This document shows positions 63,448 through 64,000 of a stretch of 64,000 bases of DNA, piece by piece. Both the position numbers and the translations under genes were made by a program. Position 1 is the first letter of the stretch, and every line of letters starts with the position of its first letter. Under the pieces are notes generated by a model. The model made no database searches and was not told the DNA's origin. It saw only the letters and a list, made by a program, of their open reading frames with translations. Origin of the DNA: Tubiluchus corallicola (lineage: Eukaryota; Animalia; Priapulida); the NCBI GenBank assembly GCA_030141605.1, contig JAQGDQ010000081.1, positions 637,945-701,944 of the forward strand, written 5' to 3'.

Positions 63448-64000
63448 CCTTGCCTTGCCTTGCCTTGCCTTGCCTTGCCTTGCCTTGCCTTGCCTTGCCT
63501 TGCCTTGCCTTGCCTTGCCTTGCCTTGCCTTGCCTTGCCTTGCCTTGCCTTGCCTTGCCTTGCCTTGTCTTGTCTTGTCTTGTCTTGTCTTGCCTTGCCT
63601 TGCCTTGCCATGCCTTGCCTTGCCTTGCCTTGCCTTGCCTTGCCTTGCCTTGCCTTGCCTTGCCTTGCCTTGCCTTGCCTTGCCTTGCCTTGCCTTGCCT
63701 TGCCTTGCCTTGCCTTGCCTTGCCTTGCCTTGCCTTGCCTTACCCTTAGCTTACCTTGCCTTGCCCTGCCTTGCCCTGCCTTGCCCTGCCTTGCCTTGCC
63801 TTGCCTTGCCTTGCCTTGCCTTGCCTTGCCTTGCCTTGCCTTGCCTTGCCTTGCCTTGCCTTGCCTTGCCTTGCCTTGCCTTGCCTTGCCTTGCCTTACC
63901 CTTAGCTTACCTTGCCTTGCCTTGCCTTGCCTTGCCTTGCCTTGCCTTGCCTTGCCTTGCCTTGCCTTGCCTTGCCTTGCCTTGCCTTGCCTTGCCTTGC
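63448..64000. repeat. (CTTGC)n pentanucleotide satellite running off the window end
   Basis: More than 100 units, with CTTGT, CCTGC and CTTAC variants. Confidence 0.97.

Noticed and set aside
63372-63749. (CLALP)n and (ARQGK)n ORFs
   Set aside because: Artefacts of the CTTGC pentamer repeat.

Overview
AT-rich, intron-rich animal genomic DNA, probably from an invertebrate; nothing here is prokaryotic. I assembled the genes by hand from GT-AG exons with consistent phases. (1) Plus strand: a nesprin/calmin-type tandem calponin-homology (CH1-CH2) actin-binding module (7 exons, 383-10153, start upstream of the window). Within 2.7 kb it is followed by a complete DGAT2/MOGAT-family acyltransferase (12842-16189). 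A phase-0 30-nt micro-exon can join the two in frame, so this may be an actin-binding acyltransferase fusion gene, the top finding. (2) Minus strand: an SLC9A Na+/H+ exchanger with 18 exons found (45853-17937); I could not locate its 5' exons. (3) An intronless 941-aa tandem-doublecortin (DCDC2-like) gene nested on the same strand inside an SLC9A intron, with a candidate X-box/CRE promoter and a polyA signal. (4) An intronless PAQR (membrane progestin receptor-like) gene on the plus strand. The rest is repeats: a young 5'-truncated RTE LINE with an 8-bp TSD, decayed RTE/CR1/L2 fragments, tRNA- and 5S-derived SINE remnants, MITE-like palindromes and long microsatellites. All family assignments come from motif recognition, not database searches.
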